Shown: in pieces, positions 44,158 to 54,475 of the stretch
How the letters are laid out: the number at the start of each line of letters is the position of its first letter
Position numbering within the stretch: the stretch's first letter is position 1
Virus record (IMG/VR): IMGVR_UViG_3300024358_000009
Coordinates: 1 to 64,000 of that record
Direction: 5' to 3' (one strand)
Length of the DNA stretch: 64,000 bases
Made by a program: the position numbers and the translations under genes
Notes under the pieces: model-generated
Database searches by the model: none
Told to the model about the DNA's origin: nothing
What the model saw: the letters and a program-made list of their open reading frames with translations, nothing else

Positions 44158-44600
44158 TAACATTTGTAGAAGATGATTACATACAGCACCAAAACATTGT
44201 AAGTGCTCAATGGATAGCTGAATTAAGCGATGGAACTACAGTTTATCAAGATGATGGACATCCAGAAAGAAGCAATCAATCATCTTGGTTAAGACTTTCA
44301 ATGTATTTAAAGCAAACTAGATTAAATATAGTTTCTTTAAAACTAAGATACAGATCAAATATAGCAGACACATTACCAAAAAATGCTGAAGGTTATTTTT
44401 TTTCTAATATGATGTACTCTGTATTTGGATCTCATAGTGGAAGCTGTTATGTAATTGGTTATAAAGATGGCAATATAATTAAAACAGAAGACTGGCTTGT
44501 GCCGAACTTGACTTTGTTAAAAACAGATCAAAGAGAACTTATATTTAATGATTTTTTAATAGTGAATAATCATGGAAGACCAATACAACAAGAGAACTGA
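44154..44600 (+). CDS. hypothetical protein
   Basis: WIAELSDG..VYQDDG...SW.RL..YL. Confidence 0.65.
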   Translation: MITFVEDDYIQHQNIVSAQWIAELSDGTTVYQDDGHPERSNQSSWLRLSMYLKQTRLNIVSLKLRYRSNIADTLPKNAEGYFFSNMMYSVFGSHSGSCYVIGYKDGNIIKTEDWLVPNLTLLKTDQRELIFNDFLIVNNHGRPIQQEN

Positions 44601-45012
44601 AAAAAGATCATTTGAATCAAGATTTGGTGGCGGTTGGATTTCTGCTGCACAATATCTAGCAGAAACAATGTGTGCGAGAAACGCAAAGTTTAACCGCACA
44701 GAATTACCACCAAGATTTTGGAATGATAAACCTTGGAAAAGTTATTATCTTTATCAGATAAAGCTTGCTAATTCTTTGTTGAAGAACTACTCTCATCAAA
44801 TAATTTTTCAGGCATTGAGAACGCCAAATGGCGTAAAAGTTATATCATTAAAATCTCCATACTTGAAAAGGGAAATACAATTCATAGAAAAGAAAAATAG
44901 CCAACAGCAAATAACCAAAACAGAAGCTTCTGAAATGGAACAGAAATCAACTTTTGTGCAAAAGAAATCTCTTAAAAGAAAGCTAGAGGAATTAGATGGC
45001 AAAGAAGAGTGA
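44572..45012 (+). CDS. hypothetical protein
   Basis: Packed ORF before recombinase. Confidence 0.65.
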   Translation: MEDQYNKRTEKRSFESRFGGGWISAAQYLAETMCARNAKFNRTELPPRFWNDKPWKSYYLYQIKLANSLLKNYSHQIIFQALRTPNGVKVISLKSPYLKREIQFIEKKNSQQQITKTEASEMEQKSTFVQKKSLKRKLEELDGKEE

Positions 45013-46048
45013 AAAAATAGATAGCAAAAGCGAAGACTATCTTGAAAGAGTAATGGCCGAAGTTAATAAGCAATATGCTGATGGAGTGGCTATTACTGCT
45101 GACAATTTATTAGATAATCCACCAGAAGTTGTTCCTGTAAGTCCTGCATTGGATTTAGGGCTACACGGAGGAATTCCAGAAGGTTCTTGGGTTACATGCA
45201 GTGGTCATCCAAAAACAGGCAAGACTCTAACCTCGTTATCTTTTGCTGCTGAATGTCAAAAACAAGGAAGGCATGTTTATTATTTAAATATTGAAGGCCG
45301 TTTAAAGTCCATGAACATTCATGGAATTGATGGTTTAGACCCAAAGAAATTAACTATATACCGTTCTGTTCCTGAGAAGATTCTTACGGCCAAAGATTAT
45401 TTAAATCTTGCCATGAAAGCCATTCAGACACATCCAAGATCATTGATTATCATTGACTCTGTAAGTTCGCTTTGTGATGAACGAGAAATGGATGAAGGTA
45501 TTGGTTATGAAAATCGTGGTTCTGGAAATAAAATGTTTGCTGGTTTTTGTAGACAGGCATCAAATTTAGTTCCGATTCAAAAAGTTATAGTCTGGTCTAT
45601 TATGCACTTGACTCAAAACCAAGGTATGTTTGGTGGATTTATAGAAAAAGGATCAAGAGCATTGCAATATCAAGCAGATGTACAATTGAGGGTGAAATAC
45701 GATAAAGCTTGGAATGTAAATCAAGAAGGCAAAGAAGTTCAAATTGGTCAGCAAGTACATTGGCTAATTGAATCTTGTGCTTTAGGATCTCCAGGCATGG
45801 AGATAGACAGTTATATTAGATATGGTGTTGGCATTGATAAAACATTTGAAATCATAAATTTAGGCATGGAACTTGGGCTTATAATCAAGTCTGGTGCTTG
45901 GATGAATATGGACTTCTTAAAAAGACATATTAAAGAAGATGAAATACCAAAAGTTCAAGGTGCTGAAAAACTTTACAAGTTGTTAAAAGAAAAGCCAGAG
46001 TGGCTATCTCTTTTGCAAAAAGAAATCAATGACATACTAAGACCATGA
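44996..46048 (+). CDS. RecA/UvsX-family recombinase
   Basis: LDLGLHGGIPEG, Walker A GHPKTGKT, Walker B IIIDSV, IRYGVGID. Confidence 0.88.
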   Translation: MAKKSEKIDSKSEDYLERVMAEVNKQYADGVAITADNLLDNPPEVVPVSPALDLGLHGGIPEGSWVTCSGHPKTGKTLTSLSFAAECQKQGRHVYYLNIEGRLKSMNIHGIDGLDPKKLTIYRSVPEKILTAKDYLNLAMKAIQTHPRSLIIIDSVSSLCDEREMDEGIGYENRGSGNKMFAGFCRQASNLVPIQKVIVWSIMHLTQNQGMFGGFIEKGSRALQYQADVQLRVKYDKAWNVNQEGKEVQIGQQVHWLIESCALGSPGMEIDSYIRYGVGIDKTFEIINLGMELGLIIKSGAWMNMDFLKRHIKEDEIPKVQGAEKLYKLLKEKPEWLSLLQKEINDILRP

Positions 46049-46446
46049 AAGTAATTGGACTAGATGGCAAAGAATATTCTTGGTCTATATGGGGAAAATC
46101 TTCTGATTCTCAGCAAAAATCTTCCTATCATTTAAAGGCAAGAGATTTGTTAAAAAAGCTTTTTCCTATAGATAGAATTTTAGAAGAAGTATATTTGCCG
46201 GGCTGTGATAGTTTATATGCCGACTTCTTTCTTCCTTTACGGAAGTTAATAGTTGAGGTTCATGGAGAACAACACTATAAATACATACCATTTTTTCATG
46301 GTAATAAATTAAACTTTGCTAAGTCTCAACTAAGAGATAGAAATAAAAAGCTTTTTTGTGAACAGAATGGAATTAAATATATAGATTTACCATACGAAGA
46401 GAGCGAAGATGAGTGGAGAAACAGAATTTTGGAACATAAACTGTAA
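46045..46446 (+). CDS. PD-(D/E)xK endonuclease (DUF559/Vsr-like)
   Basis: LYADFFLP...IVEVHGEQHY...RDRNK...C..NGI. Confidence 0.8.
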   Translation: MKVIGLDGKEYSWSIWGKSSDSQQKSSYHLKARDLLKKLFPIDRILEEVYLPGCDSLYADFFLPLRKLIVEVHGEQHYKYIPFFHGNKLNFAKSQLRDRNKKLFCEQNGIKYIDLPYEESEDEWRNRILEHKL

Positions 46447-46918
46447 TAAAGAATTTTTTGATTCTTTGTATAATCCTTTTGAAGAATCTTTGGGTTTAAA
46501 TTACACTCCAGACTCTCCAAATGAATGTATGAAATTATTAAACATACCTTTAGAAAAGTTAAGGGTTATGTCTTCTGAGCAGTGTGGCGAAGCAGCTTTG
46601 CTTTTGCACAATTTTTCTTTTAGACTTACAAAAGAAATCAGTTCTAAAAAAGCTTTATTGAATTATTATAAAGAATGTTTTTTTAAAACCATAGGCAAAT
46701 ATGTCGGTGAAATTAGATATTTATCTACAGAAGAAAGACTTGCAATAGCAGCTGATCAAGATGATTTTGCCAAGAAATTAAAATTTCAAATGGCCAAATT
46801 ACAATATATTATTGATAGAGTAGAATATCTGCCGATGAAAGTTGATAAAGTTGCAGACATGTTTAACAGTTTACAAATAGCTAGGAGAAATAGAAATGAC
46901 AATAATCGATCTTCTTAA
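46409..46918 (+). CDS. helical hypothetical protein (possible UvsY-like mediator)
   Basis: Helical pattern and position after recombinase only. Confidence 0.35.
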   Translation: MSGETEFWNINCNKEFFDSLYNPFEESLGLNYTPDSPNECMKLLNIPLEKLRVMSSEQCGEAALLLHNFSFRLTKEISSKKALLNYYKECFFKTIGKYVGEIRYLSTEERLAIAADQDDFAKKLKFQMAKLQYIIDRVEYLPMKVDKVADMFNSLQIARRNRNDNNRSS

Positions 46919-47300
46919 CAAGGCAATACAAGAACAAGACTTTATATATGTTGAACAAGCGTTATCAACATTAATCGGAACTAATGTTTCGGAAAAACCG
47001 GTAAAGAAAAAAACAGTAAAGAAAACTAAAGTTGAGTCGAATAAGAGTTCTGGAAGTGATTTTGTTAATAAATTTGTGGATGATTTAAGCATTCATCCAG
47101 AATTAATAAGCAAAACACCAAAGAAGATTAAAAAGCAGCACAGACCTGAATTTGTTCCAAATACTGTAGATGCTAGTTGCAGTAAATGTGGAGCAAAAGA
47201 AATTGTAGATAAAGATGAAATTAATTCTTTATCAAGGTTGGCCGAAGGTCAATACGCATTTACATGTGCTAAATGTCTTAAAAGGAATATATCAAGATGA
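46896..47300 (+). CDS. hypothetical protein with Zn ribbon
   Basis: CSKC and CAKC. Confidence 0.6.
   Translation: MTIIDLLNKAIQEQDFIYVEQALSTLIGTNVSEKPVKKKTVKKTKVESNKSSGSDFVNKFVDDLSIHPELISKTPKKIKKQHRPEFVPNTVDASCSKCGAKEIVDKDEINSLSRLAEGQYAFTCAKCLKRNISR
47017..47045 (+). promoter_or_regulatory. intragenic copy of promoter motif TAAA-N17-CGAATAAG
   Basis: Exact spacing; about 250 bp upstream of helicase. Confidence 0.45.
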
Positions 47301-48778
47301 TGCATGATCCAGCAGCTGAAAGGGCGGTTTTATCTTCTTATTTTCAACATGGCAAAGATGCCTATATTGAATCTTGCGATATCATTGACGATGAATGTTT
47401 TTTAATAGACTCTAATAAAATAGTTTTTAAATGCTTAAAACATTATTATCAAGATGAAAATAGCAAAATAGATATTCCAACTTTTTTATCTATAGCCAAT
47501 TCACTTGGTTATAAAGATTTTTTTGAATCTAAAGACGAAAAAAAGTATTTAAACAGTCTTACTATACTTCCTGTAGAATTAAAAAATACAAGAAAATTAG
47601 CTTCTAAATTAGCTAAGCTAAAAATAGCTAATAATCTTAAAAAAGAAATAGATATTGCAAGTACAGAATTACAAACTGTTACTGGCGATGAAACGCTTTC
47701 TTCAATACTTGGAATAGCAGAACAAAGAATATTTGAGTTTACGCTAAATCTTTCAAACTCTGAAGATTCTACGCCAAAAGTTATTGGCGATGGATTAGAT
47801 GAATATGTTGAACACTTAGAAAATAACCCAATTACACAAATAGGTATACCAAGTGGTTTTCCTATATACGATCAATGTATTGGAGGTGGGTTCAGGCCAG
47901 GAAGCGTAAATGTTATAGGTGCTAGAATGAAGACAGGAAAATCATTCTTTGGAGATGCAGTTGCCTTAAATGTTGCAGATAAAAATATTCCTGTTTTAGT
48001 TTTAGATACAGAAATGTCAAATAAAGATCATTGGCATAGAATGCTGGCTTGCCTCTCTGGAGTTAAAATAAATGATATTGAAAGTGGTAAATATTCTCAA
48101 ATAGCAGAATCTAAAAACAGAATTCATCAAGCAAAAGAAAAGCTAAAGTCTATTCCTTATTTTTACAAATCAATAGCTGGACAACCTTTTGAAGAAACAT
48201 CTTCTATTATGAGAAGGTGGATAATGCAAAAAGTTGGTTTAGATGAAAATGGATTAGCAAAACCATGTTTAGTTATTTTTGATTACATTAAACTAATGAG
48301 CGATGATTCTATATCTAAAAACATAGCTGAATATCAAGCTTTAGGATTTTTGATGACTTCTTTGCATAACTTCTGTGTAAAATATGGAGTTCCATGTTTA
48401 GCTTTTACTCAATTAAATCGTGATGGTATAAACAGAGAAGATACCGATGTAGCTTCTGGATCAGACAGAATATTATGGTTATGTAGTAATTTTTCTATAT
48501 ATAAAAGAAAATCTGAGGAAGAATTAGCCGAAGAAGAAGCTGCTGTTAATGGCAAAAGGTATAATTTAAAACTCATACCAATTGTCAGTAGGCATGGCAG
48601 TGGATTATCGCAAGGCGATTATATTAATGTTTTGGCTGAGTATGAATTTGGCAGAATTAAAGAAGGCCCAACAAGAAACAACTTCCATTCTTTGAGAAAT
48701 ACAAATACTGGATTTACTGTTTCTGAAGAGGTATTAAGAAATGAACCAATTGACTTTTTTGGATCAGACGAAGATTAA
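47297..48778 (+). CDS. dnaB: DnaB-family replicative helicase
   Basis: AERAVL, GARMKTGKS, DTEMS, IFDYI, QLNR, SGSDRI. Confidence 0.92.
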   Translation: MMHDPAAERAVLSSYFQHGKDAYIESCDIIDDECFLIDSNKIVFKCLKHYYQDENSKIDIPTFLSIANSLGYKDFFESKDEKKYLNSLTILPVELKNTRKLASKLAKLKIANNLKKEIDIASTELQTVTGDETLSSILGIAEQRIFEFTLNLSNSEDSTPKVIGDGLDEYVEHLENNPITQIGIPSGFPIYDQCIGGGFRPGSVNVIGARMKTGKSFFGDAVALNVADKNIPVLVLDTEMSNKDHWHRMLACLSGVKINDIESGKYSQIAESKNRIHQAKEKLKSIPYFYKSIAGQPFEETSSIMRRWIMQKVGLDENGLAKPCLVIFDYIKLMSDDSISKNIAEYQALGFLMTSLHNFCVKYGVPCLAFTQLNRDGINREDTDVASGSDRILWLCSNFSIYKRKSEEELAEEEAAVNGKRYNLKLIPIVSRHGSGLSQGDYINVLAEYEFGRIKEGPTRNNFHSLRNTNTGFTVSEEVLRNEPIDFFGSDED

Positions 48779-49853
48779 CTTCATATCTGAAAAGATTTTT
48801 GAAAATATTCAAGTCTTTTTAGAAATGTTTGATGTTAAATATAAGAATATTAATAATTATATTTCTGGTCCATGTCCAATACATGGCGGAGATAATCCTA
48901 CTGCATTTTGTATGTATTTAGATGGAAACACATTAAAAGGTAATTGGTGTTGTTACACACATCATTGCGAAGAAGTTTTTAAACCAACTCCATTTGGTTT
49001 TATTCGTGGTGTTTTATCTAACAGAGAAAATAATTGGACTGGCCAAGCAAAAGATATCAAATACAGTTTTGGTAAAACATATGATTTTTGCCAATCTATT
49101 TTAAAAATAAATGAATCAGATATTCCAGAGCTTAGCGATATTGAAAAAAAGAAGTTTTGTAATGACATGAAAATTTTTGAAAAGAAAAAGAAGCATTTTA
49201 AAGGCTGGAATCTTCATAATGTAATTTCAAGTATGATAATTCCATCTCCATATTTTTTAAGTCGTGGATATAAACAAGAAACATTGGAACATTTTTCAGT
49301 AGGTGTTCCTAAGAATAATGATGGCATATTTAAAGATAGATCAATTGTTCCTGTAATAGATAGAGATGGAATACATGTTGTCGGTTTTACCGGCAGATCA
49401 AACTACGAGAAATGCGATAAATGCAATCAATATCATCAGGCTTCATGCAATTCTAAAAATCCTAAATATATATATTCAAAATGGGCAAATAACAGTGGTT
49501 TTGCAAAAGAAAGGTATTTATACAACTTACATAATGCTTTGAACGCAGCTAAGTTCAATAAAACGCTTATTATATGCGAAGGGCCAGGAGATGTTTGGTC
49601 TTTGCACGAAAAAGGTATAGAAAATGCGGTTGCTATCTTTGGTATATCTTTAACGGATTCTCAACAAATTATCCTAGAAACATGTGATATAACAAAGATT
49701 ATCTTGTTGTTAGATAATGATGAAGCTGGTATAAATGCTAAACAAAAGATTAAGTCTTTGCTCAGTAGATTTTTTAATGTTACTATTCCTATTTATGAAG
49801 GCAAAGACCCTGGATCTACCACATCAGATTTAAGGAATATTTGTAATGTGTAA
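48741..49853 (+). CDS. DnaG-type DNA primase
   Basis: CPIHGGDNP...WCC.THHC Zn finger; TOPRIM CEGPGD, LDNDEAG, KDPG. Confidence 0.88.
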   Translation: MNQLTFLDQTKINFISEKIFENIQVFLEMFDVKYKNINNYISGPCPIHGGDNPTAFCMYLDGNTLKGNWCCYTHHCEEVFKPTPFGFIRGVLSNRENNWTGQAKDIKYSFGKTYDFCQSILKINESDIPELSDIEKKKFCNDMKIFEKKKKHFKGWNLHNVISSMIIPSPYFLSRGYKQETLEHFSVGVPKNNDGIFKDRSIVPVIDRDGIHVVGFTGRSNYEKCDKCNQYHQASCNSKNPKYIYSKWANNSGFAKERYLYNLHNALNAAKFNKTLIICEGPGDVWSLHEKGIENAVAIFGISLTDSQQIILETCDITKIILLLDNDEAGINAKQKIKSLLSRFFNVTIPIYEGKDPGSTTSDLRNICNV

Positions 49854-50508
49854 AATACTTGGAATAAGTGGCAAAAAAGGTGCTGGAAAAGATACTTTAG
49901 CTAATTCTTTTTATAATCATTGTAAATTTGTTTTGGGCAAAAAAGTTGAAATTATTCCTTTTGCTTCTGCTTTAAAAGAAACATGTTGTAATTTATTTAG
50001 CATAAAAAAACAAAATATCTATGGATCAGAAGAGGATAAAAACAAAAAAACTGCATATAAATGGTCTGATATGCCGGGATTTATTGCTAAAGATATGTAT
50101 TTTAAGCTAGAAAAAAGTGGAATTTATCCAGAAGAATTAAATCTCTTTACAAGAGAAGATTCCGAAATGTCAGCTAGAGAATTTTTGCAATTTTTTGGAA
50201 CAGAAGTTTGCAGAAAAATTAAAGATCAAGTTCATATACAATCTGTATTTAATAAAATAAATTCATCTAAGAAAGATTTTTTTATTATACCAGATGTTAG
50301 ATTTGAAAACGAAGTTAAATCTATTCAACAAAACGGTGGCATAGTAGTTAGATTAAAAAGAGAAATATCAGAAGATAACCATTCTTCAGAAAAAGTCTTA
50401 GATACATTCAATGAATTTGATTTAGTTATAGACAATTCAAAGTTGAGTGTAGAAAAAGAACTTGCATTGCTTAATAAATTTTTAAGCAAAAAAGGTTGGT
50501 TTAAATGA
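49846..50508 (+). CDS. deoxynucleoside monophosphate kinase
   Basis: GISGKKGAGKD, REFLQFFGTEVCR, IPDVRFENE. Confidence 0.88.
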   Translation: MCKILGISGKKGAGKDTLANSFYNHCKFVLGKKVEIIPFASALKETCCNLFSIKKQNIYGSEEDKNKKTAYKWSDMPGFIAKDMYFKLEKSGIYPEELNLFTREDSEMSAREFLQFFGTEVCRKIKDQVHIQSVFNKINSSKKDFFIIPDVRFENEVKSIQQNGGIVVRLKREISEDNHSSEKVLDTFNEFDLVIDNSKLSVEKELALLNKFLSKKGWFK

Positions 50509-51521
50509 TAATAACTTATCTTAGGTCTTCTTCAGCTGGCTCATTTGAATGGTGTCAGCATAAATACTTTTTGACTTATTGTCTTGGATTTAAAGATGAT
50601 TCAAACAAAAAAGCTGTTAAGGGTAATATAGTTCATAAAGCTTTAGAACTATTAGCCAATAAACAACTTTGTTTGCAAACTAAAACTAAAACTTTTTCTG
50701 ATGATGAATTAAGTTTAGAGTTTGACACTTTGCAAATATGTCCAGAAAAAGCAATTAAATCAGCTTTTGAATTTTACAGTTTAAAAGAATCTTCTTTTGA
50801 ATGGACCGAAAAAGATTATAAGGAATGCGATAAATGGATGTGGGATACTTTATTATTTAATGACGGAATGTTTTCCCCTCTTAAAAGAAATATAGTTGAG
50901 CCAGAAAAGTATTTTGATATAGAGGTTGATAAACCTTGGGCTAAATATGATTTTCGTTTAATGAATGGAGAAACCGTAACTGGTAATTTAAGATTAAAAG
51001 GTACGATGGATTTAATAACTAGAATAGATTCAAAAACAATAGAATATATAGATTGGAAAACCGGAGAGAGAAAAAACTGGTCAACAGGAAAAGAAAAAGG
51101 ATACGAAGATCTTTTTGACGATTTTCAACTTCGTTTATATCACTATGCATTAAGTAAAGTTTATCCAAACGAAGAAACTATTATAGTTACAATCTTTTTT
51201 GTTAAGGCTGGAGGCCCATTCACTATATGTTTTCATAAAGAAGATTTAGAGCAAACCGAAGAAATGATTAGAAAAAAGTTTGAATCTATAAAAAGATGTA
51301 AAACCCCAGTTAGAATATTAGATATGGGTAGGGATAAATGGAAATGCGATAGATTATGTAAATTTTACAAAGACGATTTTGATAATACTGGAATATCAAC
51401 TTGTCGAAAAATACACGAAGAAATCATTGAGTTAGGTCTTGAAAAAGTATATGCTAAGTATGCTGATTTTTCTGCTGTAAAACAATATGGTAGTGGTGGT
51501 GGTAAAACTAATAGGGAGTAA
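50505..51521 (+). CDS. PD-(D/E)xK Cas4/RecB-like exonuclease
   Basis: SS...FEWC, GNIVHKALE, LKGTMDLI, IDWKTG, QLRLY, C..C. Confidence 0.85.
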   Translation: MIITYLRSSSAGSFEWCQHKYFLTYCLGFKDDSNKKAVKGNIVHKALELLANKQLCLQTKTKTFSDDELSLEFDTLQICPEKAIKSAFEFYSLKESSFEWTEKDYKECDKWMWDTLLFNDGMFSPLKRNIVEPEKYFDIEVDKPWAKYDFRLMNGETVTGNLRLKGTMDLITRIDSKTIEYIDWKTGERKNWSTGKEKGYEDLFDDFQLRLYHYALSKVYPNEETIIVTIFFVKAGGPFTICFHKEDLEQTEEMIRKKFESIKRCKTPVRILDMGRDKWKCDRLCKFYKDDFDNTGISTCRKIHEEIIELGLEKVYAKYADFSAVKQYGSGGGKTNRE

Positions 51522-51523
51522 TC

Positions 51524-52273
51524 ATGAGCGAAGAAAAAATTAACAGCCTTGATAAATTATTAAGTCTTTTTTCAAAACAAGATGTAGAGATTGCATCTGA
51601 AAAAGAAACAGAAAAAAATGAAGTAGTCGTAAACGATAAGTCAATAGATAACACTCCTAGTCCAGAAATATTAGTTTTTAAAACATCTTTACTTGATTCG
51701 TTGGGTAAATTTCAAGGATTATTAAAGGGCGAAGATTGTGAACTTTATGTAAATGAAATTTTACAACCAGAAAATTTTGAATGGATTCCAAGAAATTTAG
51801 CAGAAAAAGACCCATCGTATAAACAAATCATTCCATATTGCGTAATTGTTTGTGCAAATAAAACATTTACATATTCACGCAATAAAAACGGAAATGAAAA
51901 TAGATTACATGGAAAGAAGTCTTTAGGTGTTGGCGGTCACATTGAAAAAGAAGATTCTATAAATTCAGAAAATTTTTATGAAAATGCTGTTAAAAGAGAA
52001 CTAAAAGAAGAAATTTCTTTAGATTTAGGGGCAATTAAATCGAATAAGATTATAGGCATCATTAATGATGACAGTAACGATGTAGGAAAAGTTCATTTTG
52101 GTATTGTTCACAAAATAACTGTTTCTACAACCCACTGCATAGAACAGATTGAAAATAAGTTAAGTGAAGCCGGATGGGAGTTTACTGGCTTTTTAAATAA
52201 AGGAATTGATCAATGGGAAAATTGGTCATTCTTTGTAATCTCTGAACTTTTAAGCGAATTAAAGAAAAAGTAA
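51524..52273 (+). CDS. NUDIX-family phosphoesterase
   Basis: AEKDPSYKQIIPY, RLHGKKSLGVGGHI, RELKEE, IND.....GKVHFG. Confidence 0.85.
   Translation: MSEEKINSLDKLLSLFSKQDVEIASEKETEKNEVVVNDKSIDNTPSPEILVFKTSLLDSLGKFQGLLKGEDCELYVNEILQPENFEWIPRNLAEKDPSYKQIIPYCVIVCANKTFTYSRNKNGNENRLHGKKSLGVGGHIEKEDSINSENFYENAVKRELKEEISLDLGAIKSNKIIGIINDDSNDVGKVHFGIVHKITVSTTHCIEQIENKLSEAGWEFTGFLNKGIDQWENWSFFVISELLSELKKK
52020..52048 (+). promoter_or_regulatory. intragenic near-copy of promoter motif (TAGA-N17-CGAATAAG)
   Basis: CGAATAAGATTATA shared with the 3555 and 6163 copies; upstream of dnaE-N. Confidence 0.35.
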
Positions 52274-52309
52274 AAGTTTATTTATGGAAGTTTTATTAGA
52301 AAGTATGAA

Positions 52310-54223
52310 ATGTCAAAGTGGATTCCTTTGCATGTACATTCACAATATTCTTTGCTCGATGGATTATCTTCTGCTGAAAAAATAGCAGATAGATTATCTG
52401 AACTAGAATTAAAGGCTTGTGCTTTAACAGATCATGGCACATTATCTGGTTTGATTTCTTTTTATAAGAAATTAAAATCTAAATCTATTAGTCCGATTCT
52501 TGGTTGCGAATTTTATATTTGCGAACAAGACCCAACTATTAAGAATGACGAGAATAAAAAACTCAGTCACTTATGTGTTCTTGCAAAGAAAGATGCTGGA
52601 TGGTCAAGTTTAGTCAAAGCGAGTTCGGTATCTAACTCTGTTGATAACTTTTATAGAAAACCAAGACTTGATCTAAAAACATTGTCATCAATTGCAAATG
52701 GCAATTTTATAGTTTTTTCTGGGCATCCAGGGTCTGATCTTGGAAACTGTCTATTCACAGATTTAAATGAAGCTTATAGGGCAGAGACATACGAAATAGC
52801 GAAGTCTTTAGTTCATAAAGATTGGGAAAAAAGAGCAACTGATCTTGCATATAAATATGCAGATTTATTTGGTAAAGAAAATTTTTTCTTAGAAATACAA
52901 CTTATAGATTCTGAAAATATTCCGGCAACAAAGATTATATCTAAAGCATTAAGGCATATTGCTAAAAAGCATGGTTTTAAAACTGTAGCAACTCCAGATG
53001 CTCATTATGCAAGAAAAGAAGATGCTATAGACCAAAGAGTATTATTAGCCTGTTCTATGAAGAAAACTTTAACGGAAATTAGAAACCATATAAACAACGA
53101 TGAAGACTTTGGTTTTTCTGGATTTTTTAAATCAAACAATTATCATATTCCGTCTGTAGAAGAAATTTCTGCTTTAAATCAACCAGAAGAGTTAGAAGCC
53201 ACTTTAGAAATATTTGAGAAGTGCAAAGATTACAATCTATTGCGTAATCCGATGCTTCCAAAAATTGCTGGAGAAACATCTTCTTCTGCTGAAATTAAGA
53301 GGCTTTGTAGAGAAGGTTGGAAAAAAAGATTCTCTTTCAAAAAAGAAGATTCAAGATTTAATCAATATGGTGATCGTGTTACCAAAGAGCTAGAAGTTAT
53401 AACAGGTGCTGGGTTAGAAGATTATTTTTTAATTGTTTATGATTATTGTAATTGGGCAAAACAACAAGGCTGGTTAGTTGGAAAAGGTCGTGGTTCCGGT
53501 GCTGGATGTATGGTTAGTTATTTATTAGGAATAACAGAAATTAATCCAATTGAAAACGGATTGCTTTTTGAAAGATTTTATAACTCAGGTAGAAATGCAC
53601 CAGGTCGTATATCATTGCCAGATATTGATTGTGATTTTCCAATATCGAAAAGAGAAGAAATTATAACTTATATCAAAAACAAATATGGTTCTGATAAAGT
53701 TTCTCAGATATCTGTATTTACTAGAATGCAGGGTCGTGGTGCTTTAAAAGATGTGTTAAGAATACACGCAGCTTGTTCTTTTGAAGAAAGTAATTTAATT
53801 ACTAAACACATTCCAGATGAAGCTGAAATATCAGAAGAATTACAAGAAATGCGTGATGAAGGACAAGAACCATCAATTATTAAGTGGGCTTTAGAAAATT
53901 GCCAAAAAGAACTTGAACCTTATTGCAAATTAAAAGATGATGGCAAACTTGAAGGCGAATATGCAAAGTTTTTTGCTCAAGCCATAAGAATGGAAGGCAC
54001 AAAAAGATCTCAAAGCAAACATGCTGCTGGAATAGTCATAGCTTCTCAGAATTTACAAGATATATGTCCTATGATTTATGATAAAACATCTCATGAAAGC
54101 ATAGCTGGTCTTGAAATGTCAGACTTAGAATCTATTGGACTTGTTAAGTTTGATATACTTGGAGTAGCTGTTTTGGACAAACTTATGGGAGTTCAAAAGC
54201 TTCTTGCTGGAGAAGATTTATGA
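52310..54223 (+). CDS. dnaE: DNA polymerase III alpha, N-terminal part (PHP + catalytic core)
   Basis: LHVHSQYSLLDG, LTDHG, GRGSGAG, LPDIDCDF, SKHAAGIVI, KFDILG then stop. Confidence 0.92.
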   Translation: MSKWIPLHVHSQYSLLDGLSSAEKIADRLSELELKACALTDHGTLSGLISFYKKLKSKSISPILGCEFYICEQDPTIKNDENKKLSHLCVLAKKDAGWSSLVKASSVSNSVDNFYRKPRLDLKTLSSIANGNFIVFSGHPGSDLGNCLFTDLNEAYRAETYEIAKSLVHKDWEKRATDLAYKYADLFGKENFFLEIQLIDSENIPATKIISKALRHIAKKHGFKTVATPDAHYARKEDAIDQRVLLACSMKKTLTEIRNHINNDEDFGFSGFFKSNNYHIPSVEEISALNQPEELEATLEIFEKCKDYNLLRNPMLPKIAGETSSSAEIKRLCREGWKKRFSFKKEDSRFNQYGDRVTKELEVITGAGLEDYFLIVYDYCNWAKQQGWLVGKGRGSGAGCMVSYLLGITEINPIENGLLFERFYNSGRNAPGRISLPDIDCDFPISKREEIITYIKNKYGSDKVSQISVFTRMQGRGALKDVLRIHAACSFEESNLITKHIPDEAEISEELQEMRDEGQEPSIIKWALENCQKELEPYCKLKDDGKLEGEYAKFFAQAIRMEGTKRSQSKHAAGIVIASQNLQDICPMIYDKTSHESIAGLEMSDLESIGLVKFDILGVAVLDKLMGVQKLLAGEDL

Positions 54224-54468
54224 AAAAGAAAGAAGACTTATTGGAAGAAATCAAAGCACTGGAAGAAATGCTTGAGTCAAAAGATGTAATAATAAAAGAA
54301 TCAATTAATATTATGAAAGCTTTGGTTTTCAAATTTGGCGGTAAAGTTCTGTTAAAACCTGAGTTTATTCAAGCAGCAAAAAGTAAGGATAATTATGTAG
54401 ATATAAAATATGACGAATCTGGGCGTTTGAAACTTGAAGTTAAAGAAGTAGATGAATTAAGAAAGTAG
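54220..54468 (+). CDS. hypothetical protein between dnaE halves
   Basis: ATGA coupling, GGAG RBS. Confidence 0.65.
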   Translation: MKKKEDLLEEIKALEEMLESKDVIIKESINIMKALVFKFGGKVLLKPEFIQAAKSKDNYVDIKYDESGRLKLEVKEVDELRK

Positions 54469-54475
54469 GAACATT

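Noticed and set aside
50505-51521. CRISPR-associated Cas4
   Set aside because: Stand-alone PD-(D/E)xK exonuclease in a replication block; no Cas1, Cas2 or array
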